A stretch of 64,000 nucleotides of DNA, taken from positions 3,586-67,585 of the forward strand of contig CAYMIA010000005.1 in assembly GCA_964390595.1 (NCBI GenBank), given 5' to 3'. Under the pieces are notes generated by a model. The model did not search any database, was not told the origin of the DNA, and was given only the letters and a program-made list of their open reading frames with translations. The position numbers and the translations under genes were made by a program. Origin of the DNA: an uncultured Gammaproteobacteria bacterium. Its GTDB lineage: Bacteria > Patescibacteriota > Microgenomatia > Daviesbacterales > UBA10151. This document shows positions 56,468-64,000 of this stretch, piece by piece; the first letter of the stretch is position 1, and every line of letters starts with the position of its first letter.

Positions 56468-57742
56468 ATGGTTGACTTTAATGAGATAGAAAGCCAATGG
56501 GCAAGGGAGAATGCTGCTAGGTTGGGCAGGCATTTTGAGCGCTCTCAAGATGCTCTAATGTGGGGTGGTCATGCAGCAGCGATGGGGCGTCAAGAAAATT
56601 TGTTAAGGGAACTTTTAGAAGAACAAAGGAGGTCTAACCCATATTATGTTGATCCTGAAGTAGCGGGACTTAAAGCTACAATAGCTGCAGATAGAGAATA
56701 TATTAGACGACTTCAAGAACAATTAGGGGGTAATTCAGATTTAACTAAACTGAGAGCTGAACTCGCCGCAAAAGAGGTAAGAATTAATGAACTAAGGGTG
56801 AGGATTAGTATTCAGGATTCGGAGATAAAAGATTTAAAGAATCAATTAGCAAAAAAGGGTGAGGAAGGTGAAGTTTTAACTCCGGTTCAAGAGAAAACTT
56901 ATGAAGATGTATTTGCTCAGGAAGATACTGCTCATGAACAATCTTATGAAGATCTTTTTGTCGGTGAAGACGTAACAAGATACGAAACTAGGTCTAGATT
57001 AGGAACTGTTGCGGATGTATCTAAGGTGGGTTCTTTGGCGGATCTATATTTCCATAAAACAGGTTACTACCATTCCAGATTATCAGTTTCCATATCCGGA
57101 GCAATGAAAGATTATTATGATAGTTTAAAGGGCCCAGAATCTTTTTTAGGTTTGCCTGTTAGCAATGAGTATAGAAGACCTGATGGAGTAACTATGATTC
57201 ATTTTGAGGGAGGGGTTATGTTGAATCATGGGGTAGAAGGATATCCAGCCATAGCTGTAGGTGCCCCTGTGGATCGAAAAATTGCGGACATATTTGCTTT
57301 ATGGACGATCTTACATTGGGATGGATTAAGCCAACCCAGAGGTGATTCAAATATTGAGATTTCTAGTTTTTTGACAGAAGCTTTGACACAGCATTTTATT
57401 GGAGATAATTTCGAAGGTGCGATGTACCGTCATTTGACAGGTCCTTACAAAACTTATACATGCGGTCTATCTGGTGACATTTTTAAATATTATAGGGATA
57501 TAATGGGAGGTTCTAAAGGGATTTGGGGATTGCCAATTTCTAATATTGAGAGAGAAGGCAGAAATCTGGTAGTCTATTTTGAGAATGGAATGATGCTTAG
57601 AAATATAGATGGGGAGATTAAGCTGCAAGAATTTAGTGAGCTTAAAAGCATATTGAAAGATCCAACTGAATTTGCTGTGCCATTTGTTTCTTTTCCTGGA
57701 GAGTCTGTTGCTAAGGGAAGCGAGTTGATGATTCTGGATTAG
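56468..57742 (+). CDS. coiled-coil protein with C-terminal LGFP-like repeats (cell-wall associated?)
   Basis: repeats GPESFLGLPVSNEYRRPDGVTMIHFEGGVMLNHG and SKGIWGLPISNIEREGRNLVVYFENGMMLRNIDG; N-terminal heptad region. Confidence 0.45.
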   Translation: MVDFNEIESQWARENAARLGRHFERSQDALMWGGHAAAMGRQENLLRELLEEQRRSNPYYVDPEVAGLKATIAADREYIRRLQEQLGGNSDLTKLRAELAAKEVRINELRVRISIQDSEIKDLKNQLAKKGEEGEVLTPVQEKTYEDVFAQEDTAHEQSYEDLFVGEDVTRYETRSRLGTVADVSKVGSLADLYFHKTGYYHSRLSVSISGAMKDYYDSLKGPESFLGLPVSNEYRRPDGVTMIHFEGGVMLNHGVEGYPAIAVGAPVDRKIADIFALWTILHWDGLSQPRGDSNIEISSFLTEALTQHFIGDNFEGAMYRHLTGPYKTYTCGLSGDIFKYYRDIMGGSKGIWGLPISNIEREGRNLVVYFENGMMLRNIDGEIKLQEFSELKSILKDPTEFAVPFVSFPGESVAKGSELMILD

Positions 57743-57790
57743 ATGTGGTGTCAAGTGTTTTTGGGAGGTTTTTTTGGTAAAATATGAGAC

Positions 57791-58732
57791 ATGTCAGATG
57801 ATTTTGAAGTGTTGCTTTTTTACAAGTACATTAAGTTAGATGATCCAGAGGCAGTGAGGCTTTGGCAAAAGGGGCTTTGTGAGGCTCTAAACTTAAAGGG
57901 TCGGATTATCATTGCCCCAGAAGGGATTAATGGAACTGTGGAGGGGCTAAAAAAAGAGACTAGGCTGTATATTAGAAAAGTTAAAGAGTTTTTAAAGTTT
58001 AAGGATATCTCTTTTAAGAAAAGCATAGGAAGCGGTCAGGCTTTTTCCAAACTTTCGGTCAAAGTTAGAGAAGAGATTGTAGCAACTCATTTTGAAAAAG
58101 ATGTAGCCAGCCGGATTCAAAAAGTTGGAAAGTATGTCAATGCAGATGAATTGCATAAATGGTTTGAGGAGGAGAAGGAATTTTATATTGTGGATATGCG
58201 CAATGACTATGAACAAGATGGTGGGTATTTTAAAAATTCAATTTTGTCTGGATTTAAACAGTTTTATGATCTGCCAGAGATTTTGCCAAAAATTGAACAT
58301 TTAAAGGATAAGATAATTGTCCCAGTTTGCACTGGCGGAGTAAGATGTGAGCGGGCATCTTTGTTTTTGGAAGAGAATGGATTTAATCAGGTTTATCAAC
58401 TCAAGGATGGAATTCATAGTTATATGCAAAAATACCCCAATGAACATTTTAAGGGGGTTTTGTATGTTTTTGATAATAGATTGATAGTTGGATTTAATTT
58501 AGATAATCCGGAAAGAGCAGTTGTAGGTAGGTGTAAAATGTGTCAGAGGCCATCAGAGAATTATGTTAACTGCGCTTATGATTTTTGTCATTTGCACTAT
58601 ATTTGTTGTCCAAATTGTTTAGACAAAGAAACTGGTTTGCCTTTTGATAAAACAGAGTGCAAGCAGATTTTTCTGCAAACTGGAGGTACCTCCAAGGGTT
58701 TAATCAGAAGGACTGTTGAATATATTGGATAG
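57791..58732 (+). CDS. trhO: rhodanese-domain tRNA U34 hydroxylase TrhO (UPF0176/YceA family)
   Basis: LLFYKYIKLDDPEAVRLWQKGLCEALNLKGRIIIAPEGINGTVEG; rhodanese Cys loop CTGGVRCERA; C-terminal Cys cluster. Confidence 0.7.
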   Translation: MSDDFEVLLFYKYIKLDDPEAVRLWQKGLCEALNLKGRIIIAPEGINGTVEGLKKETRLYIRKVKEFLKFKDISFKKSIGSGQAFSKLSVKVREEIVATHFEKDVASRIQKVGKYVNADELHKWFEEEKEFYIVDMRNDYEQDGGYFKNSILSGFKQFYDLPEILPKIEHLKDKIIVPVCTGGVRCERASLFLEENGFNQVYQLKDGIHSYMQKYPNEHFKGVLYVFDNRLIVGFNLDNPERAVVGRCKMCQRPSENYVNCAYDFCHLHYICCPNCLDKETGLPFDKTECKQIFLQTGGTSKGLIRRTVEYIG

Positions 58733-58746
58733 AGTATAATTAAAAG

Positions 58747-59205
58747 ATGAGTTATGCATTGGAGCAGATACAAGCTATTTTGGAAGAACATGCCAGTGAG
58801 TTGGGTTTTGGAGAGGTGGTGCACAGGCATCCGGCTAGTTATTTAGATTTAGTTGATGTAGTGGTAGGACCAGTTGATTTAATTAGCTCTCCAGAGGAGT
58901 TGCAGCATTTTGCAGTTGGTTTATTAGGTGGACTTCCTAGATTGGTATATAAACAGGAGGCTAGACGAGAGAAGAGGATCCATCCAACTTATGGTCACAT
59001 CCTGATATTTGATCTGCCTAAATTTGGGGTTGGTGATGCGACTGTCAGCTTTTTCCCTAACGGAGAGATCGCCCAAACTGCAGCTAAAGTATTTAAGAGG
59101 CCAATGATAGAGAGGGGTTGGGAATATGATCTAACCCGCAGAGGAATATTAACTGATTTGGAGTGGCATCTGATAACTGAGGGTAAGAATCCGTTTAAGG
59201 AGTAA
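58747..59205 (+). CDS. hypothetical protein
   Basis: ORF only. Confidence 0.35.
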   Translation: MSYALEQIQAILEEHASELGFGEVVHRHPASYLDLVDVVVGPVDLISSPEELQHFAVGLLGGLPRLVYKQEARREKRIHPTYGHILIFDLPKFGVGDATVSFFPNGEIAQTAAKVFKRPMIERGWEYDLTRRGILTDLEWHLITEGKNPFKE

Positions 59206-59241
59206 CTGGTGGTTTTAGAGCAAAGATGATAATCTGAGGAT

Positions 59242-59847
59242 ATGCGGGAGCTTTTGATTGAGTTTATTGGGACTTTTTTCTTGGTTTTGATAGTTGCGCT
59301 AACTGGTAACCCACTGGCTATTGGGGCAATTTTGATTGCAATGGTTTATATGGGGGGTTATATCTCTGGAGCTCACTATAATCCAGCAGTGACTTTGGCA
59401 GTTTGGATGAATAAAGGGATAAAAACTGAGTTAGCGCTAAAGTATGTTGGGGTACAGCTTTTGGCGGGTATTTTAGCTAGCGCAGTATATTTTTTGGTAA
59501 CTAAGAGTTATTTTATTCCCTCTCCAGCTACAACAACCAGCCCTTGGGTGGCTTTGCTTTGTGAAATCCTTTTTACTTTTGTGCTGGCAACAGTGGTGCT
59601 TCATGTAGCAGCTTCTAAAGAGAGCCAGGGTCATGACTTTTATGGATTGGCGATTGGCTTAACTGTAATGGCAGGGGCTTTTGCTGTTGGAGCAATCTCT
59701 GGAGGAGCATTCAACCCAGCAGTTGGAATAGCTCCGCAGCTGTTTGACCTGGGGCATTTAGGAAGTCATATTTCCAATATTCTGCTTTACCTAATAGGTC
59801 CTTTGGGTGGAGGAGCGCTAGCGGCGTTAGTATATAAACAGAGATGA
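59242..59847 (+). CDS. aquaporin/MIP-family channel (short form)
   Basis: two NPA boxes [10 protein letters not shown] and [10 protein letters not shown]. Confidence 0.75.
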   Translation: MRELLIEFIGTFFLVLIVALTGNPLAIGAILIAMVYMGGYISGAHYNPAVTLAVWMNKGIKTELALKYVGVQLLAGILASAVYFLVTKSYFIPSPATTTSPWVALLCEILFTFVLATVVLHVAASKESQGHDFYGLAIGLTVMAGAFAVGAISGGAFNPAVGIAPQLFDLGHLGSHISNILLYLIGPLGGGALAALVYKQR

Positions 59848-60233
59848 AAAATATGTCTGATGAGGAGTGGAAGAAGAAGCTAACTTCTGAGCAATATCAT
59901 GTTTTGAGAGAGAAGGGAACAGAGATTCCTTTTACAGGTAAATATGTTAACAATCACGACAAGGGGGTCTACGAGTGTGCTGCTTGTGGTGCTCCCCTAT
60001 TTTCTTCAGATACCAAGTTTGATTCAGGGACTGGTTGGCCATCTTTTGATAATCCGATGAATACTGAGCATATAATTTTGCAAGATGATGACTCTTTAGG
60101 GATGCATCGGACTGAGGTGATCTGTAAAAACTGTGGTTCGCATTTAGGGCATGTTTTTGATGATGGTCCCAAGCAAACGACTGGCAAAAGATATTGTATC
60201 AACTCTTGTGCGCTAAATTTTAAAGGTCAGTAG
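59844..60233 (+). CDS. msrB: peptide-methionine (R)-S-oxide reductase MsrB
   Basis: CAACGAPLF...GWPSF...[21 protein letters not shown], two CxxC pairs. Confidence 0.85.
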   Translation: MKNMSDEEWKKKLTSEQYHVLREKGTEIPFTGKYVNNHDKGVYECAACGAPLFSSDTKFDSGTGWPSFDNPMNTEHIILQDDDSLGMHRTEVICKNCGSHLGHVFDDGPKQTTGKRYCINSCALNFKGQ

Positions 60234-60265
60234 TTGAGGTAGTTTTTTCTGTTATCATAGATTTA

Positions 60266-60772
60266 ATGAGAAGTTCTCAGAGAGGGTCGGTCTTTTTAGT
60301 GCTTTTGATCCTGGGGCTTTTGATAGCTGTTTTTGTCGGATTCTTAGTTTACCTTCAAAATAATTTTGAGGAAGTGAATCAGAGCTCAACAGTTTATTCA
60401 GATATCAGTACTGATGGTTGGAAAACATATCAAAACGATGAAGTTAATTTCTCTATAAAATATCCAACCAACTGGAGCTTAAAGGTTTCAAATTATAATT
60501 ACGGTTTAAAAATTGCTCATTTGGAAGGAGATTCTGGGCGAGTGGATTTAATGTGGGGGGGAAGTTTTGGGGGAGTTTGTGATAAATATGAGAAAATTAA
60601 GATCCGCGATGAGTCATTGCTATCCTGCCATTTTGTGAAAAATGGAATTGAAAGTTGGGAACAGATTAACAAAAACACTAGAAGTGGTCAATTTTCAGCC
60701 AAAGCTTACGCCAACACCTTTGCTGACCGCCAGTTAATCTTAAACATGATCGGAACTTTGAAATTCTTTTAA
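60266..60772 (+). CDS. signal-anchored secreted protein of the KYP-motif family (NFSIKYPTNW)
   Basis: same architecture and motif as 21008-23203 paralogs. Confidence 0.45.
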   Translation: MRSSQRGSVFLVLLILGLLIAVFVGFLVYLQNNFEEVNQSSTVYSDISTDGWKTYQNDEVNFSIKYPTNWSLKVSNYNYGLKIAHLEGDSGRVDLMWGGSFGGVCDKYEKIKIRDESLLSCHFVKNGIESWEQINKNTRSGQFSAKAYANTFADRQLILNMIGTLKFF

Positions 60773-60795
60773 GAGAAGTTTTTAAAATAATCTAT

Positions 60796-60824
60796 TTGAC
60801 TTTTGGAATCAAACCAGATAAGAT
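60796..60824 (+). promoter_or_regulatory. sigma70-like promoter TTGACT-17 nt-TAAGAT
   Basis: hexamers and spacing; followed by hairpin+T-run before the next ORF. Confidence 0.3.
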
Positions 60825-60837
60825 TGGTGCATCAATT

Positions 60838-60864
60838 CTCCCCCTGAAACGAGGGAGATTTTTT
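60838..60864 (+). terminator. hairpin CTCCC-(loop)-GGGAG followed by ATTTTTT; terminator of the preceding gene or leader attenuator of the GreA-N-like ORF
   Basis: 5-bp stem, T6 run. Confidence 0.45.
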
Positions 60865-60880
60865 AAAGGTAAGGAATAAA

Positions 60881-61129
60881 TTGATGACAGATAACAAACA
60901 ACTTGAAGCTAAGATCCAATTATGGAATAAAAAGCTTGAAGCATTAAAAAAAGAATATGAGAGGATCATGAAGCTTCGGGGTGAGGCAATGCTGATGGGT
61001 GATTTGCGTGAGAACGCCGCTTTCCAAATGGCTGATGAAGATGCGAGTACCTATCAAGTGCGGATTGATGAGGTTGAGGCGATTATTAAAAAGCTGGAAC
61101 TAGAAATGGGAGGGAAGGCTGGTAAGTAG
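60881..61129 (+). CDS. GreA/GreB N-terminal coiled-coil domain-only protein (82 aa)
   Basis: GDLRENAAFQMADEDAS matches GreA N-domain motif GDLSENAEYxAAKEEQ; coiled-coil heptads; no C-terminal FKBP-like domain. Confidence 0.45.
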   Translation: MMTDNKQLEAKIQLWNKKLEALKKEYERIMKLRGEAMLMGDLRENAAFQMADEDASTYQVRIDEVEAIIKKLELEMGGKAGK

Positions 61130-61141
61130 GTCGACAATATT

Positions 61142-63280
61142 ATGGCTGCAACTAAGACAAACCGGGAATTCCCGTTAGACCGGATTCGGAATATTGGCAT
61201 TATTGCCCATATTGACGCGGGTAAGACTACCACTACTGAACGGATTTTATTCTACACTGGGCGGACTTACAAAATTGGTGATATTGATGAGGGAAATACG
61301 ACAACTGACTGGATGGAGCAGGAAAAAGAGCGGGGAATTACGATCGTTTCTGCGGCGATCACGACTTTCTGGATTCCCAAAGATGGTCCTTATAAGGATC
61401 AAGAGACCAGAATTAACTTAATTGATACCCCAGGACACGTTGATTTTACAGTTGAGGTTGAAAGATCGCTACGTGTGCTTGATGGTGGAGTAATTGTGCT
61501 TGATAGTGCTTCAGGTGTGCAATCTCAAACTGAGACAGTTTGGCGTCAGGCGGATAAATACGGGGTACCTTTGGTAGCTTTTTCTAACAAAATGGATGTA
61601 GTTGGGGCAGACTTTTTAGGAACAATTCAAAGTGCCCGGGACCGATTGGGTGCTAATGCAATTGCTTATAATTTACCAATTGGTACTGAAAATGATTTTA
61701 AGGGAATTGTTGATCTACTAACTAAAAAAGCATTAGTTTGGCAGGGAGATGAGACTGGAGCAAAGTTCGTTGAAATTGAGATTCCTGCTGATATGGTGGA
61801 TTTAGTGGAAGAGCATAGAAATAAATTAATTGAAGAGATTGCGGCGACAGATGAGACTTTGCTGGAAAAATATTTGAATGGTGAGGAGATAGCAGTTAAT
61901 GATCTCAAGTTAGCCTTACGGGCAGCTGTGATCGCTAAAAAAATTGTGCCTGTTTTGGCTGGATCTTCGCTGCGGAATAAAGGTGTTCAGCCGATGTTGG
62001 ATGCGGTGATTGAATACTTGCCTTCACCACAGGATATCTCACAAATTAATGGTAAAAATCCACGGACCGAAGAAGAGGAGACCAGACAGCAAACCAAAGA
62101 GGCGCCTCTGGCAGGCTTGGCTTTTAAAATTCAGGTTGATCCACACGTTGGCCGCTTAACTTATGTCCGGGTTTATTCTGGAACTTTGAAATCTGGTTCT
62201 TATGTTTATAACTCAACTAAAGGGGTCAAGGAACGGGTGGGACGGGTGCTTTTAATGCACGCGAATGATAGAGAAGAGATTGAGGAGGCTTATGCAGGAG
62301 AGATCGTGGCTGTTGTGGGTCTTAAAGACACTATTACTGGGGATACTTTATGTGATGAGAGTGCGCCGATTGTTTTAGAGTCAATTACTTTTGCAGAACC
62401 AGTTATTTCTTTGGCGATTGAACCTAAGACTAAATCAGATCAAGAAAAGTTAGCTTTGGCTTTGCAAAGACTGTCTGAGGAAGATCCAACATTTAGAGTG
62501 AAGACTAATCATGAGACTAATCAAACGATCATCTCTGGTATGGGTGAGCTGCATTTGGAGATTATTGTGGACCGGATGAAGCGGGAGTTTAAGGTGGAGG
62601 CCAATGTGGGTCAACCACAGGTGGCTTACAGAGAGACAATTACAAAAATAGCGGTAGGTGAGGGTAAATATATTAAACAAACTGGTGGTCGGGGTAACTA
62701 TGGGCATGCTGTGGTTAGAATTGAGCCCTTGCCACGCGGACAAGGCCGCGAATATGTGTCAGAGATCGTTGGTGGAGCGATTCCTAGGGAATATATTCCA
62801 GCGATTGAAAAAGGGGTGACCGAGAGAGAGGATACAGGAATTTATGCTGGTTTTCCAGTGGTGGATATCAAAGTAGCAGTTTTTGATGGCTCTTTTCATG
62901 AGGTTGATTCAAATGAGATGGCGTTTAAAATAGCTGGATCAATGGCGCTAACTGATGCGGCAGCTAAAGCTGATCCAATTTTGCTTGAGCCAATTATGAT
63001 GGTGGAGGTCTCCACCCCAAAAGAGTTTATGGGCGATATTATTGGAGATCTATCTTCAAAAAGAGCCCAAATTTTGGGCACTGAAGAAAAGGGGAATGGA
63101 TCAATTGTCAAAGCATTGGTGCCTCTAGCTGAACTTGGTGGTTACATTACAACAATCAGGTCAATGTCCCAAGGAAGGGCCAGTGCTTACATTGAGCCAC
63201 ATGACTATCAACCAGTTCCTGCAAACATTGCTGAAAAGGTCAAAGCAGCTTCTGGGTTTACAGGAAGGATGGAAGCTTAA
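61142..63280 (+). CDS. fusA: translation elongation factor G
   Basis: [35 protein letters not shown]-domain motifs; full five-domain length. Confidence 0.9.
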   Translation: MAATKTNREFPLDRIRNIGIIAHIDAGKTTTTERILFYTGRTYKIGDIDEGNTTTDWMEQEKERGITIVSAAITTFWIPKDGPYKDQETRINLIDTPGHVDFTVEVERSLRVLDGGVIVLDSASGVQSQTETVWRQADKYGVPLVAFSNKMDVVGADFLGTIQSARDRLGANAIAYNLPIGTENDFKGIVDLLTKKALVWQGDETGAKFVEIEIPADMVDLVEEHRNKLIEEIAATDETLLEKYLNGEEIAVNDLKLALRAAVIAKKIVPVLAGSSLRNKGVQPMLDAVIEYLPSPQDISQINGKNPRTEEEETRQQTKEAPLAGLAFKIQVDPHVGRLTYVRVYSGTLKSGSYVYNSTKGVKERVGRVLLMHANDREEIEEAYAGEIVAVVGLKDTITGDTLCDESAPIVLESITFAEPVISLAIEPKTKSDQEKLALALQRLSEEDPTFRVKTNHETNQTIISGMGELHLEIIVDRMKREFKVEANVGQPQVAYRETITKIAVGEGKYIKQTGGRGNYGHAVVRIEPLPRGQGREYVSEIVGGAIPREYIPAIEKGVTEREDTGIYAGFPVVDIKVAVFDGSFHEVDSNEMAFKIAGSMALTDAAAKADPILLEPIMMVEVSTPKEFMGDIIGDLSSKRAQILGTEEKGNGSIVKALVPLAELGGYITTIRSMSQGRASAYIEPHDYQPVPANIAEKVKAASGFTGRMEA

Positions 63281-63306
63281 AAGCTGGTGTGATACACTGA
63301 ATTTAA

Positions 63307-63642
63307 GTGAAGTTTTTAAGAATTATATTAATTCTCTTTTCTACAATTGGAATTTCTCATTTTGCAGAATTAGTTATTTCTCAGCTATCTTTTCTGTTAA
63401 TAGGTCGAGGAGTTGCGACTTGTGCTGGTATAGATATAATTTTTTGCGGAGGAAGCCAAACATTTAATAGACGAGCTTTCTCAATTGTCTTATATTTAAT
63501 ACTTGTCCCAATATATTATTTTGCATTCAGCAAATTTTTAATTCATCATAAAATACTTCTTATTTGTGTTTCTGTAGTTGCAATCCTTTTGGCATTTTTG
63601 GGGATTTTTGTGTGGCTAATTGGCGATACTTTTATCGGTTAA
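63307..63642 (+). CDS. small membrane protein (3 TM)
   Basis: hydrophobic ORF. Confidence 0.35.
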   Translation: MKFLRIILILFSTIGISHFAELVISQLSFLLIGRGVATCAGIDIIFCGGSQTFNRRAFSIVLYLILVPIYYFAFSKFLIHHKILLICVSVVAILLAFLGIFVWLIGDTFIG

Positions 63643-63692
63643 TTTTATCCAGCGCTTTACAAGATATGTATTTGTCTGAAGGTTGTTTTTTT

Positions 63693-63774
63693 GTGCGTGA
63701 TTGAGCTCTTCGAGTCCGAGTGACCTCAGAGTCGAGGACTTGCAAGGTCTCACCTGTTTGAAGCTAGATTTGAC
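63693..63774 (+). repeat. intergenic hairpin repeat R2, second copy of R1
   Basis: 62-nt exact match to 53651-53712, then diverged tail ending in TTGACT. Confidence 0.6.
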
Positions 63775-63802
63775 TTGTCAATGAGTTCAATTGATTGGTG
63801 GT

Positions 63803-64000
63803 TTACTTTTGAGGAGTTTCTAACGCTTCGATTAGGGTTATTAGATGACTGGTTTCTCTGGTTGCGACTTTGGAAGTGGCTTGACGGTTATGGACTAAAC
63901 CTGAGCCAGGAATAATAGATCTTCTAATAGACTCTGCTAGGGAGGCAAATTCCCTGGCAACAGCTAGAAAGCGATCTGCAAAATCTTGATCTGAAAGCGA
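63803..64000 (-). CDS. 3' end of a minus-strand hypothetical gene continuing beyond the window (stop codon at 63803-63805)
   Basis: open frame on the minus strand through to the window edge (...PGSGLVHNRQATSKVATRETSHLITLIEALETPQK*). Confidence 0.3.
   Translation of the reverse strand, partial: SLSDQDFADRFLAVAREFASLAESIRRSIIPGSGLVHNRQATSKVATRETSHLITLIEALETPQK

Noticed and set aside
1-64000. CRISPR arrays, rRNA, tRNA, tmRNA/SRP RNA, integrases, transposases
   Set aside because: No short, regularly spaced direct repeats were seen. No rRNA-like conserved stretches. No spacer >60 nt with cloverleaf-compatible sequence (no GGTTCGAATCC-type T-arm). No DDE/tyrosine recombinase motifs in any ORF. 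SRP-RNA domain IV motif (GGAAGGAAGCAGC-like) was not found.

Overview
This is a low-GC (~38-40% by eye) bacterial chromosomal segment of tightly packed, often overlapping small genes. The gene content includes rpoB-rpoC-rpsL-rpsG ... fusA, metG, tgt, uvrD/pcrA, sbcC/sbcD, tpiA, trxA, ruvX-mltG, a FemX-like gene, an LCP gene, a sortase and many signal-anchored hypothetical proteins. The streamlined layout fits a Candidate Phyla Radiation / Patescibacteria-type genome (inference only). No rRNA, tRNA, CRISPR array, integrase or transposase was recognised. The most notable observations are:
(1) A family of GC-rich, hairpin-rich small elements. Two copies lie in-frame inside conserved housekeeping genes (uvrD/pcrA and tgt), flanked by 7-bp and 6-bp direct repeats and encoding Gly/Glu/Arg-rich peptide inserts. 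A third copy is intergenic between ruvX and mltG. The pattern is analogous to Rickettsia palindromic elements.
(2) A ~90-nt intergenic hairpin repeat immediately after rpsG recurs 10 kb later after fusA. In between, a 7.5-kb, 12-gene block splits the canonical rpsL-rpsG-fusA str operon.
(3) sbcC appears to be co-transcribed with a pentapeptide-repeat (DNA-mimic-like) protein and a NUDIX hydrolase. sbcD is displaced behind a receiver-domain gene.
(4) An Hsp70 nucleotide-binding-domain-only (YegD-like) ATPase heads a cluster of uncharacterised genes near a Cas4-like Fe-S nuclease.
(5) There is a bacterial type IB topoisomerase, an alkyltransferase-like (ATL, Cys->Trp) protein and a standalone GreA N-terminal-domain ORF.
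All calls rest on motif recognition by eye; no database search was run.
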